Assembly (NCBI GenBank): GCA_049700215.1
Contig: JBNAVT010000002.1
Location: forward strand, 41,981-105,980
Direction: 5' to 3'
From: Thermoproteota archaeon
GTDB taxonomy: Archaea; Thermoproteota; EX4484-205; JAAOZP01
DNA length: 64,000 nucleotides
Below are positions 29,465-39,161 of this stretch, piece after piece; positions within the stretch are counted from its first letter, which is position 1, and each line of letters begins with the position of its first letter. Below the pieces are notes generated by a model. The model ran no database searches. It saw only the letters and a program-made list of their open reading frames with translations, and was not told the origin of the DNA. Made by a program: the position numbers and the translations under genes.

Positions 29465-32340
29465 ATGTATAGGGATGAGGCGGTGGTTTGGAGTCCCGGG
29501 GATTCTGAGAAAATTGCTGGTTTTCTGAGGCGCGTATCCCCAGGTTTCACCGAGAACGCTCAGGCCAGGGCCTGGGTTGAACCTGACGGCAGGATCCTTC
29601 TTCAAATAGTGTTCATGAAAGAGGGTGTTGCAACCAGGATGCTTGAAACATTTGTCGTTAAGGATGATGGTGGGAACATCGTCAGGGTTGAGCCTCCTGA
29701 GGCGACTGGTGAAGCGGGGGAGAGCCAGCTGGAAGGCGGTTCCCAGAATCCCTGTTTAAAAACCCTTGGGGATCGCCTCAGGGTTCTCAACTGGCATCAT
29801 AGTAATTCTCTGGCTGCTGTTGCTAAGAGGCTGGTGGGCCTCGAGGTTTTTTCCACACTTCCTTCTAAAGAGGTTGACTGGGCGAGCAGTGTTTTCAACC
29901 AGGTTTTCCCCGAGTCCCCTTTAACCCTCAGGCCCTACGGGTATTTTGATAAGGAGACGAGAGAGTACGTTATAACTCGGCCAGACACGCCTACGCCCTG
30001 GATAAACTATCTCGGCCAAGGAGGCTACGGCGGAATAATATCTAACACTGCTGGAGGTTTCTCGTTCGACCGTGACCCCCGTAACCGTCGGGTTACAAGG
30101 TACCGGTACAACGCTATTCCACTGGATCAGCCTGGGCACTATATTTATCTTAGGGATGATGAAACCGGGGAGTTCTGGAGTCCAACTTGGCAGCCTGTTA
30201 AGAACAGCCTTGAATGGTATGAGTGTAGGCATGGCGCAGGCTATACTCGTATAAGCAGCAGGCGTAACGGGGTTGAGGCCTCAATACTCTTCTTCATCCC
30301 ACCTAATCCCCCCTACGGGGAGTGTCCTGTCGAGCTTCATGTGCTACGCTTAAAAAACACTAGCGCCAGCGTTAAGAGCCTGAGCATATGGTCCTACGAG
30401 GAGCTGTCATACTGGGATGCTATCGTTGACACGACTAACCTGGATTGAGGTCAGCAAATAGTTTCAAGCTCCTACAGGAATGGTGTTATTGTCACGGGGG
30501 TTCAGTTTAAACCTACTAGAACGTTCCTCGCAAGCAGCCTCGCCCCAGATGGTTACGACACTAGCCGCGAGGTTTTCGTGGGGAGCTACGGCGACCTCTC
30601 CAGGCCGCAGGCGGTTGTCAGCGGCAAGCCGGGTTACAGTATTGCTTCACGCGGCAACAGTATTGCTTCCCTCAGACATTTTCTGGAGCTGAAGCCCCGG
30701 GAGGAGGAGACAATAGTCTACGTGCTTGGCGTGACTGATAAGCCGAGTCTAATACCTGAAACCGTTGAACACTATAGTGTCGTAGAAAACGTTGAGAAGG
30801 CTTTTAAAGAGCTTGGAGAAAACTGGGGCGAATACCTTGGGAAGCTAACTGTTGAAACACCGGATGAGGAGATGAACGCTATGATAAACTTCTGGAACGC
30901 TGTTCAGTGCTGTGCCAACCTCTACTGGTCTAGATTCGTCTCCCTGTACGATACTGGTTTAGGAAGAGGCATGGGGACGCGTGACTCTGCTCAAGACACT
31001 TTGGGCACTGTGCATAATGATCCTCAGCATGCACGCAGGGTTCTGAAAATGCTCTGGAAACTACAGTTTAAAGATGGGCACACCTGGCACCAGGTTTTCC
31101 CGCTTACTGGCGAGGGGGGGCCTGGGCATGCTGCAGAATCTCCTGAGAAACCCCAGTGGTTTAGCGACGACCACCTTTGGCTCATCTTAGCGACCTGCAG
31201 CTATCTCCGTGAAACGGGTGACTTCACACTCCTGGATGAGAAGCTGCCATACCAGGATAGTGACGCGGAGGAGACTGTTTGGGAACACGTAGAGAGGGCG
31301 GTAGGCTTCACCTGCAGGAAAAGAGGATTACACGGCCTGCCGCTGATCGGCTTCGCAGACTGGGATGACACTATGAATCTTGACCATGGTTCTGAGAAGG
31401 CTGAAAGCGTCTGGACGGGGATGCTTTTCTGCAGGGTTATGCTTGACCTTGCGGAGCTTTGCAAGAAGCTTGGGCGCGTGGAGAAGATGATGGAGTTTGA
31501 AAAGCTTCACAGGGAGATGGCTGAAACAATAAACCGGGTTTCATGGGATGGTGAATGGTATGCTAGGGCTTACGACGACGAGGGCAGGCCTGTCGGCATT
31601 AAGGGTAAGAAGTATCACTGGATAAGTCTTATTCCGCAGGCTTGGTCGGCTATTGCTGAGCTCGGCGAAGAAGAGAGGTCGAGGAAAGCCTTGGAGAGTG
31701 CACGCCGGTTTTTAAACAGCCTTTAGGATTAAGGCTGATGAGAGACCCGTTTAACAGCAGTAAGACGGATGAGGATTCAGTGGATGTTGAGAGCCTGAGG
31801 CGTTTCGGCGGAACAGCAACATACCCGCCTGGGCTCAAGGAGAATGGTGGAATATTCAACCATGCTAACACTTGGGTTATTGTTGCAGCCGCCAAGCTCG
31901 GGCTTGGAGACCTCGCCTACCAGTTTTACAGCCAGATAATGCCGCTTAGACGTAGAGATACGGATGCTCTTAAGACTGAGCCCTACGTGTATTCTCAGAA
32001 TCTGGCTGCCCCGGAGCATCCTGAGTATGGGCGTGCAAGAAACTCGTGGCTCACCGGCACAGCCTCATGGGTTTACGTGGCTGCGACACAATGGATTCTC
32101 GGCATACGCCCCACCTTCGAAGGGTTGAAAATATCTCCATGCATACCGGAATCCTGGAGCGGCTTCAAGGCTCGAAGGGTCTTCAGAGGAGTGACGTACA
32201 ATATTCTCGTTAAACGTGTTGGAAAGGGTAACAAGGTTTCGCTCAAGGTGAATAGTAAGCATGTTCCCGGAGAAGTTGTTCCGCTTCCAATCGAGGATGT
32301 GGCGAGCGTGGAAGTAGAGGTCGCGCTCGGAGGGCAATAG
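29465..32340 (+). pseudogene. GH94 cellobiose/cellodextrin phosphorylase, disrupted by one in-frame TGA (~30446) and one frameshift (~31720)
   Basis: Three ORFs cover the N-terminal domain (RPYGYFDKETREYVITRPDTPTPWINYLG), the catalytic (alpha/alpha)6 region (GRGMGTRDSAQDTLG) and the C-terminal domain (NGGIFNHANTWVI...). ORF1 and ORF2 are in the same frame and separated by TGA (...TTNLD*GQQIV...). ORF2 to ORF3 needs a 1-nt correction near aacagcc/tttagg. Confidence 0.75.
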
Positions 32341-32414
32341 TCCTGGTGTACTCGGAGCCCAGCTTGTCTCAGCAAAGTTTAAATTAAAATTTAAATGGTT
32401 CAAACCGGGAAAAG

Positions 32415-33503
32415 ATGAGGAGGTTTCTTAAACTCCCCACGGATCCAATTGACGTTAGCCCGGATAAAAAGATTAGTCAGCTGACTGATGAAATGCTGTT
32501 CACAGGCTTTCAGGGTAGGAAGGTTGCTGAGGTTGTTCAAGTATGGTCGAGAATGCTTAATAAAAGGAATATCGTAATATGGTTCGGCTTAGCCGGCGCC
32601 ATGGTTCCAGCCGGGATGAGGAGACTAATCTCGTACCTGATTGAAAGGAGAATGATCGACGCGGTTGTCTCGACTGGCGCAAATCTTTACCACGATCTCT
32701 TTGAAGCCCTAGGCGGGAAGCACTATGTCGGAACCCACATGATAGATGATGTTAAGCTGAGGAGGGAGAGGGTTGACAGGATTTACGACGTTTTCGCAGA
32801 CGAGAACAAGTTCTACGAGACCGATCTCTGGATAGAAAAGTTTTTCGCCAGGACGCTTAGGGACGATTACCCCTATTCCTCTCGTGAATTACTCTATCTT
32901 CTCGGGAAGCTTTTAAGCAAGAATGCTAAGGATAAAGACTCCATTCTTGTAAGCGCCTACAGGAGCGGCGTCCCAATATTCTGCCCCGCGTTCGGAGACA
33001 GCTCCCTGGGTTTCTCGATAATGTTCTCCAACAGGAGGGAGAGGGTTGCAAGCATGAACGGGAAGAAGGTTGTCCTTAAGAGGAAGAGGATAATTGTCGA
33101 CTATCTTAAGGATGTTGACGAGAGCTCCAGAATAACTGAGAAGGCGAAGCAGACTGGGGTGATATACATAGGTGGAGGCGTGCCCAAGAATTTTATTCAG
33201 CAAACCGCTGTGATAGCGAGCTACCAGACCAGGCACGATAGAAGCCATAGTTTTGCGATACAGATCTCCACGGACATGCCGCAGTGGGGAGGCCTATCGG
33301 GATGCACATTCGAGGAGGGTCAAAGCTGGGGGAAAATCGGGTTCCGAGCCCAGAGAGTGCAGTGCTACGCTGACGCCACCATAGTGCTTCCGCTCATAGT
33401 TCATTCTTTAAGCGAAAAGTTCAAGAGGCTTAGAAGGGATGTTCCAATCTTCGAATGGAAGGGTAGTGATTTGAAGATAACTTATGAGAGGATGAAGCTT
33501 TAG
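32415..33503 (+). CDS. dys: Deoxyhypusine synthase
   Basis: 362 aa. ...GLAGAMVPAGMR...STGANLYHD...GGGVPKNF...QWGGLSG are hallmark DHS motifs. Confidence 0.9.
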   Translation: MRRFLKLPTDPIDVSPDKKISQLTDEMLFTGFQGRKVAEVVQVWSRMLNKRNIVIWFGLAGAMVPAGMRRLISYLIERRMIDAVVSTGANLYHDLFEALGGKHYVGTHMIDDVKLRRERVDRIYDVFADENKFYETDLWIEKFFARTLRDDYPYSSRELLYLLGKLLSKNAKDKDSILVSAYRSGVPIFCPAFGDSSLGFSIMFSNRRERVASMNGKKVVLKRKRIIVDYLKDVDESSRITEKAKQTGVIYIGGGVPKNFIQQTAVIASYQTRHDRSHSFAIQISTDMPQWGGLSGCTFEEGQSWGKIGFRAQRVQCYADATIVLPLIVHSLSEKFKRLRRDVPIFEWKGSDLKITYERMKL

Positions 33504-33506
33504 CCG

Positions 33507-34907
33507 TTAGACGATAGCCTCCCCCCTCTCGGTTAGGGAATAATACTCCCTCTTCCTACCCATGACCCTCCTAGACTCCCCCCTCTTAACATACCCTTTT
33601 TCAACAAGGTCGGAAAGATGCTGGTAGACAGTTGGAATCCTGACCTTCATACCGTATTTCTCCCTTAGCCCCCTCCAAACCTCGTACCCATACATGTTTT
33701 TCTCAGACAGTAGCCTAAGGATAGCTGTCTTAGTCGGGCCCAGTCTAATACCTCCGCTCAACTCCTCTATCAACACGCCTAGGCTGGACTTTCTGAAGGC
33801 TATTTCCTTCATAACCCTCGGATCCTTGAGGCCGCTTCCCGTGACGACGCAAACCACCCTGGCGTCCCTGCTTAAGCCTCCGCTTCTAACCAGCTTAATC
33901 AAGCCGGCTAGGGAAAGGCTTCCAGCCGGCTCTGCAAGTATGCCTTCCTTCTCAGCCAGTAGACTCAGGGCTTCGAAGATCTCTTTCTCGCTGACGGATA
34001 CTGCGAGCCCGCCTGTCTGTCTTATTGCGCTCAGGGCAGCGTTTCCAAACCTGGGGTTGGCCACGTTTAAGTCGAATATCCTGCTTCTCGGCTCGGCTTC
34101 AGCCTCAACGGTTTCTAAGCCTCTTTCGAAAGCCTTTACTATGGGCTTACAGTCCTCCGGCTGGACTCCGACTATTCCTATACTGCGCTTAGCGACGCCG
34201 AGCTCCCTCAGCTCCTTCAGCATCTTGAAGGTTGCGTAGACTAGGCCTCCTTCTCCCATCGGGAGAATAACATAGTCTGGTTGCCTCCCGCTGAGCTGAA
34301 GCAGTATTTCAAGCATGATTGTTTTCTTAGCCTCGTTTATCAAGGGGTCGTGCTCCACGGCTACGATAGCCCCCCTAGTGCTACGCTTCCCAAAGGAGTT
34401 GACTACGCTGACTTCTGCACCATATATTATCATCTGGTAGAGCTTTCCAAGGTCTATTGTGGGCTTTACCTGAACGTGCGTCTTTAAACCTGCTTTAGAG
34501 GAGTATGCGGCCAGCGAGGCGCCAAGGTTCCCGGTTGAATAGGTGGAAATCCTCCCGTAGCCGAGACTCAGGGCGACGGATACGAATAAGGCTGAACTCC
34601 TGTCCAAGTAGGAGCCCGTTGGCTCAACCGTCTCATCCTTAATCCAAAGCTCTTCAACCCCGATGCTTTTCTCAATCCTCACCCCGTGCTGGAGCATTGT
34701 GGTCCCCTCTCCGAGAGAGACTCTGAACTTTCTCTCGACAGCCGGCAGTATCCCGCCATACCTCCATATTCCATGCTCCCCGGGCTCCTCTAAGAAGGAT
34801 GGTTTAACCTCCAGTGTTAATCCTTGTCCACACTTATCACACAGCTTCCTCTCCACGTTGAAACTGTAGGCTGCTCCGCAGCCCGTGCATCTTAGAACAT
34901 GGTTCAA
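33507..34907 (-). CDS. thrC: Threonine synthase with N-terminal zinc ribbon and an unusual C-terminal PadR-like winged-helix domain
   Basis: 466 aa. N-terminal CTGCG...CDKCG ribbon and a PLP fold-type II body (GNLGASLAAYSSKAG...). The C-terminal ~85 aa TKTAILRLLSEKNMYGYEVWRGLREKYGMKVRIPTVYQHLSDLVEKGYVKRGESRRVMGRKREYYSLTERG match the PadR family pattern in one continuous ORF. Confidence 0.8.
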   Translation of the reverse strand: MNHVLRCTGCGAAYSFNVERKLCDKCGQGLTLEVKPSFLEEPGEHGIWRYGGILPAVERKFRVSLGEGTTMLQHGVRIEKSIGVEELWIKDETVEPTGSYLDRSSALFVSVALSLGYGRISTYSTGNLGASLAAYSSKAGLKTHVQVKPTIDLGKLYQMIIYGAEVSVVNSFGKRSTRGAIVAVEHDPLINEAKKTIMLEILLQLSGRQPDYVILPMGEGGLVYATFKMLKELRELGVAKRSIGIVGVQPEDCKPIVKAFERGLETVEAEAEPRSRIFDLNVANPRFGNAALSAIRQTGGLAVSVSEKEIFEALSLLAEKEGILAEPAGSLSLAGLIKLVRSGGLSRDARVVCVVTGSGLKDPRVMKEIAFRKSSLGVLIEELSGGIRLGPTKTAILRLLSEKNMYGYEVWRGLREKYGMKVRIPTVYQHLSDLVEKGYVKRGESRRVMGRKREYYSLTERGEAIV

Positions 34908-35075
34908 AGCTATGCCCCATCCTAATATATAGGGGGATACTTATACATTTCCTCTCTGCTTGCAGCAATCGTTTCCCGCCAATAAGGATCCGGCTCAGCG
35001 AAACCCCTCTCGCCGCTTAAAAAGCCCCTTATGCAAGGCTGATTAAGCGGTCGTAGCAATCGTTTTATAGTTCCT

Positions 35076-36161
35076 GTGGCATTAAACCTATGGATGCAAA
35101 AACCGGATTCAAGGATGGCTCTAACGCTAGCAATACTTATTATAATTCTCTACGTAAGCCTGCTTATGGTGCAACGGACTGGGAGAAGAGTGTCACAGGG
35201 AAACTCAAGCAGCATCGAGGAGTATTTCAAAACAGTTCCCCTTGAGAAACTGGAGGTTAAGTTCTTCGGATGGGTTACGCCGGACGGTGAAAGCATCAAC
35301 AGTTTTCTGGCTAACGCTGAAAAGTTCACCTGGGTTTCTCCAACAGGCTCGATAGTCAATGAACACGGGGTTTTCACCCCTAGAGTGGACAGTAGGGTTG
35401 TCGAGGCTGCTAGAAGGAGTAACGTAAGTATTGTTCCGCTTGTAGCAAACTCAGGCTTCGACAGGAGCTTGGCTCACAGAATCCTTGCGGATCCTGAGGT
35501 TAGAAGACGCACGATAGAAGACATAGTCAGCTTCGTTGTTGAGAACAATTTTTCAGGGATCAACATTGATTACGAGAACATTCCTCCTGAGGATAGGAGT
35601 GCGTTAAACTCGTACATGAGGGAGCTGGCTTCAATCCTACACTCCCACGGGAAGATTGTTACTATAGATGTCTCGGGCAAAACTTGGGACGATGCCTCCG
35701 GTTGGGGTGGCGCATGGGACTACAGGGCTCTAGGCGAGGCCTGTGACTACGTCTGCATAATGTGTTATGATTATCATTGGTCTGGGAGCGAAGCGGGCCC
35801 CATAGGACCCTTAGGCTGGCTCAGGGAAGTCGTTGAATATGCTCTTTCAACAATACCGAGGGAGAAGATAGTAATCGGTATTCCCTTCTACGGTTACAGG
35901 TGGCTCGGGAGAAACGGTGTTGGCCTAACTTTTAAACAGGCGTTGGAGACGGCCAGGAGCGTTGATACGGAGGTTTTTTTCAGCGAGGAGGATGCTGAAT
36001 ACCACTATTCTTACGGCTCATACGAAGTATGGTTCCAGGGTGCGAAGTCGGTGGAGCTAAAGGCTTCCGCAGTGCTTTCACACGGGATAGATAAGATAGC
36101 TGCCTGGAGAGTTGGGCAAGAGGATCCGAGGGTCTGGGAGGTTATAAGCAGGAAGCCTTAA
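35076..36161 (+). CDS. Glycoside hydrolase family 18-like protein (chitinase-like TIM barrel), membrane-anchored
   Basis: 361 aa. N-terminal transmembrane segment. FSGINIDYENIPPED carries the GH18 catalytic DxDxE motif, and aromatic MCYDYHW is typical of GH18. Confidence 0.65.
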   Translation: MALNLWMQKPDSRMALTLAILIIILYVSLLMVQRTGRRVSQGNSSSIEEYFKTVPLEKLEVKFFGWVTPDGESINSFLANAEKFTWVSPTGSIVNEHGVFTPRVDSRVVEAARRSNVSIVPLVANSGFDRSLAHRILADPEVRRRTIEDIVSFVVENNFSGINIDYENIPPEDRSALNSYMRELASILHSHGKIVTIDVSGKTWDDASGWGGAWDYRALGEACDYVCIMCYDYHWSGSEAGPIGPLGWLREVVEYALSTIPREKIVIGIPFYGYRWLGRNGVGLTFKQALETARSVDTEVFFSEEDAEYHYSYGSYEVWFQGAKSVELKASAVLSHGIDKIAAWRVGQEDPRVWEVISRKP

Positions 36162-36723
36162 CGGGTTCGGGAGGATCCTGTTTCAACCCGCCGGAACCCT
36201 TGTTCTCCCTGATTATTCTGATGAGCTCAGTGAGAAGCAGTATTACGAGAAGGGTGATCAGCACTATCCTGCCGAGACCAGTATTTGCAAGCAGCAGGAT
36301 GAAGCCGACTAAGTGTATCTTTATCCCGACCCATTTTCCAACAATATCCTCGTCTCTCGGATTATAACTGTCTGGGTAAGCATTATAATCCCCTTTCGTA
36401 ACGTATCGCTTACTGCCATACTGGTCTACTTTAACCCCGATTATCCTGTGAACAATATTCCTGCCTGAATAAGGGTTTCTATAGATGATTACATCACCTA
36501 CTTGAAGATTCTCCCCCCCGCTTAAGAGCAGCAGGTCCCCCGGGAAAAGGGTCGGGTACATGCTGCTAACGTACCAGGGGCTCATATCTATCTCCACAAC
36601 CGCCAGCGGGCTACTGGTTCCCATCAGGCTGTTTAAAAGAGATATTGACACTGCTATTATTAACACAGGTATTACGATTGTTGTTAAAAACATGTTTAGA
36701 GATTCTTTAACCCTGTTATCCAT
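36142..36723 (-). CDS. Signal peptidase I (archaeal/eukaryotic SEC11-type, S26B)
   Basis: 193 aa. VSSMYPTLFPGDLLLL (SM.PT catalytic Ser box), ...IIYRNP...IVHRIIG...VTKGD, plus transmembrane anchors. Confidence 0.7.
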   Translation of the reverse strand: MDNRVKESLNMFLTTIVIPVLIIAVSISLLNSLMGTSSPLAVVEIDMSPWYVSSMYPTLFPGDLLLLSGGENLQVGDVIIYRNPYSGRNIVHRIIGVKVDQYGSKRYVTKGDYNAYPDSYNPRDEDIVGKWVGIKIHLVGFILLLANTGLGRIVLITLLVILLLTELIRIIRENKGSGGLKQDPPEPVKASCL

Positions 36724-36736
36724 TTCCTAAACCCGT

Positions 36737-37369
36737 CTAGTCTTCTTCAACTTCCACGTATCTTGTTCCGAAAGTCTCCTCAGCCGCGCTGGGGTGAGCT
36801 GCTTCCGCCTCTCTTCTGAGCCTGACTAGGGAGTACACGAGTATGACGAGCCCAGCTACGAACCCTAGGGATGGTCCCACTGTTCTCAGAAGGTCAACCT
36901 GCTCCTCCCATTGTATGTCTTTATGGAGCCATGACTCCGTTATTTTGAATGTTGCTTTAACAACACTATTACCCGTGGTGGTTGCGTTTAACACGTAAAC
37001 GTCTTCACCTGTTATCATAAGATCCTCTATAGTGTGGTTTCCAGTGTTGAAACTGTTTTGAATAATGCTCGTGCTGTTTTTCCCAAATACCAGCACGTTG
37101 AGTGTACCGTTGGTTTCAACGTTAAGACTAACCTTATACTGTTCCCCCTTCGCCGGGTTTAAGCGAACCTCCATTATCTTCTCCATGCCAGTTATAGTCT
37201 TTGAGATCGGCCCATACTCCTGCGGTGGGAACGGTATTAAAACCTCCTTGGAAGTAACCATAGTAATGGGCTTTCCAGTAAAAACCATGTTAGCCACAAA
37301 TGGTGATGAAACCGAGGCAAGTATCACGCCTGCGATAGCCATGATCAAACATTTCTTCCCAACATCCAT
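36737..37369 (-). CDS. Hypothetical secreted/membrane-anchored protein
   Basis: 210 aa. N-terminal signal-like segment and C-terminal transmembrane segment, multiple NxT/S sequons. Immediately upstream of signal peptidase on the same strand. Confidence 0.4.
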   Translation of the reverse strand: MDVGKKCLIMAIAGVILASVSSPFVANMVFTGKPITMVTSKEVLIPFPPQEYGPISKTITGMEKIMEVRLNPAKGEQYKVSLNVETNGTLNVLVFGKNSTSIIQNSFNTGNHTIEDLMITGEDVYVLNATTTGNSVVKATFKITESWLHKDIQWEEQVDLLRTVGPSLGFVAGLVILVYSLVRLRREAEAAHPSAAEETFGTRYVEVEED

Positions 37370-37375
37370 TTCCTC

Positions 37376-37696
37376 TCACCCTGATACTTTCTCCAGCCTG
37401 CCGCTTCTTTCAATTAGCAGGAATACGTGTTTACCGTCAACTTGACTGTATTTTTCTGAGACGACGCGTTTAATTTCCTCCATATGCCTCCGCGCATGCT
37501 CCTCACTCTTAAAAATTATCTTCACTGAGTAAGGATCGCCTTCCTTCACCTTCTTCTTAAGCTTCTGCCTGAATATTTTTGCCTCCTGCTCGTCAGCCAG
37601 ATAAACCTTGCCGCTTGCAATCTCCTCATTACCATAGATTATGCTAATAGCCTTAGTATACTTGTCGGGTTGCTCCGTTTCAACTATTTTCAGCAA
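37376..37696 (-). CDS. Hypothetical protein
   Basis: 106-aa charged ORF, first gene of a probable three-gene minus-strand unit. Confidence 0.35.
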   Translation of the reverse strand: MLKIVETEQPDKYTKAISIIYGNEEIASGKVYLADEQEAKIFRQKLKKKVKEGDPYSVKIIFKSEEHARRHMEEIKRVVSEKYSQVDGKHVFLLIERSGRLEKVSG

Positions 37697-37865
37697 AGGA
37701 GTTCCTCCCGATTGTTAAGGCGGTGAAGATTTAAGGTTTACGGTTTAAACTAAAACTGTTTTACAGAATTAAAAAACTCTTTCTAAGTCAAGCGCTGCTC
37801 TAAATTAGAAGCATGTCTGCCGATGCTCTTCGACACTCGGTTAACACCGCATTGGCTTAAGCATC

Positions 37866-37880
37866 AGGTTTATATATCGT
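37866..37880 (+). promoter_or_regulatory. TATA box of the luxE-like operon
   Basis: ggtttatatatcg lies ~27-35 nt upstream of the ATG at 37905. Confidence 0.5.
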
Positions 37881-37904
37881 GTTATCGGATTCTAACCCTA
37901 ACCT

Positions 37905-39161
37905 ATGAATTCCTCAGAAATATTTGAAGCCGCGTCTAAAAGTAGGCTTTTAAAAGATCCTTACGTGGAAAAAATATGGGCCTTGATGAGTGATAAAAAC
38001 CTTTTCTCAAAGTCTCCAGACTATCTCAGTAAACTCAGGAAGAGTCTTCTCAGAGATGCTTTAGACTATTTTTCGAGACATAGTGATTATTACCGTGAAC
38101 TTTTCGAGAGGCTTGGAATAAGACCCCGGGATGCTGAGCTGGAGGATCTAGCGAAGCTCGCAGTCCCATCGGATGTTCTAAGGGGAGAGGGGCATAAGCA
38201 GTTTCTAATCAAAGACGTGGAGGAGAATGGGGAGTATTTCATGTCAAGCGGCACGACTAATCCTAATCCTGTAAAGGTTTACAGGAGTCCTCTCGACCTT
38301 GCGATCATGATACTGGGCAATACCTATCTTTTCGAATACGTTTACGGGAAGGAGGTTGAAAGAGAGAGGGGAATCGCGCTTTTCATGGCTGCCCCAGAGC
38401 TTAGGCACAGGCTTAACTTTGTGGCTTTCGTGCATCTCACTCTAGAGTCAAAGAAGATTCCTCTTCTCTACGGCATGAACCTGGTTGAGGGGACTACGGA
38501 GGGGAAGCCTTGGCAGAAGCTTGTCCCCAACCAGGAGAATGTCCTTCGTTTCCTGAGAAGCAGGGAGGAGCCTAAACTCCTTTTCACCGCGCCCGCCGGC
38601 GTCTATTTGCTGTCTAAAAAGTTTAAGGATATGAACATTGTTCATAGGCTCGCATACAGGCTGCTGAAAATCATGCCGATAAACCTTGGAAGAGGAGGCG
38701 TCATCGTAACAGGCGGTGGCACAAAGGGCTTTGACCTGCCGCCTTACGATAAGACCGTTGAATTCTCCAGAAAATATTTTGTTTCACGCGACCAGGATGG
38801 AGGTGCTCAGGAGGTTCCCTTCATGGATGTTTACGGGATGACTGAGACATTAACCGCTATGCTGGATAGGTTTGGTGAAATGGATAAGATACCGCACCCG
38901 CTTTCCGAAGTTTTCATACTAAACCCTAAAACCTTCGAGTTAGCCAAGGAGGAGGATGCGGAGGGTATTGTTGGAGTATTTAATCCTTTCACAACATCTT
39001 GGCTTGAAATATTTTATCCCGGGGACATTATGCGTAGCCATCCCTCAAACAGGTATTATGGGAAGGAGTACGTGTTCGTCAGGAGGCTGAGTGTCGACGA
39101 GGGCTGGAGTCTTCAGCGAGCGTGCGGCGGAACCCTGGAGGAGCTAATGGGCAGAGGCTAG
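37905..39161 (+). CDS. LuxE-like acyl-protein synthetase (adenylate-forming, PaaK/LuxE superfamily)
   Basis: 418 aa. FMSSGTTNPNPVKVYRS is the SSGTTG-type adenylation motif of LuxE/PaaK enzymes. A Cys 10 residues from the C-terminus (...QRACGGTLEELMGRG) matches the position of the LuxE acylation cysteine. Directly followed by a LuxC-like gene. Confidence 0.6.
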   Translation: MNSSEIFEAASKSRLLKDPYVEKIWALMSDKNLFSKSPDYLSKLRKSLLRDALDYFSRHSDYYRELFERLGIRPRDAELEDLAKLAVPSDVLRGEGHKQFLIKDVEENGEYFMSSGTTNPNPVKVYRSPLDLAIMILGNTYLFEYVYGKEVERERGIALFMAAPELRHRLNFVAFVHLTLESKKIPLLYGMNLVEGTTEGKPWQKLVPNQENVLRFLRSREEPKLLFTAPAGVYLLSKKFKDMNIVHRLAYRLLKIMPINLGRGGVIVTGGGTKGFDLPPYDKTVEFSRKYFVSRDQDGGAQEVPFMDVYGMTETLTAMLDRFGEMDKIPHPLSEVFILNPKTFELAKEEDAEGIVGVFNPFTTSWLEIFYPGDIMRSHPSNRYYGKEYVFVRRLSVDEGWSLQRACGGTLEELMGRG

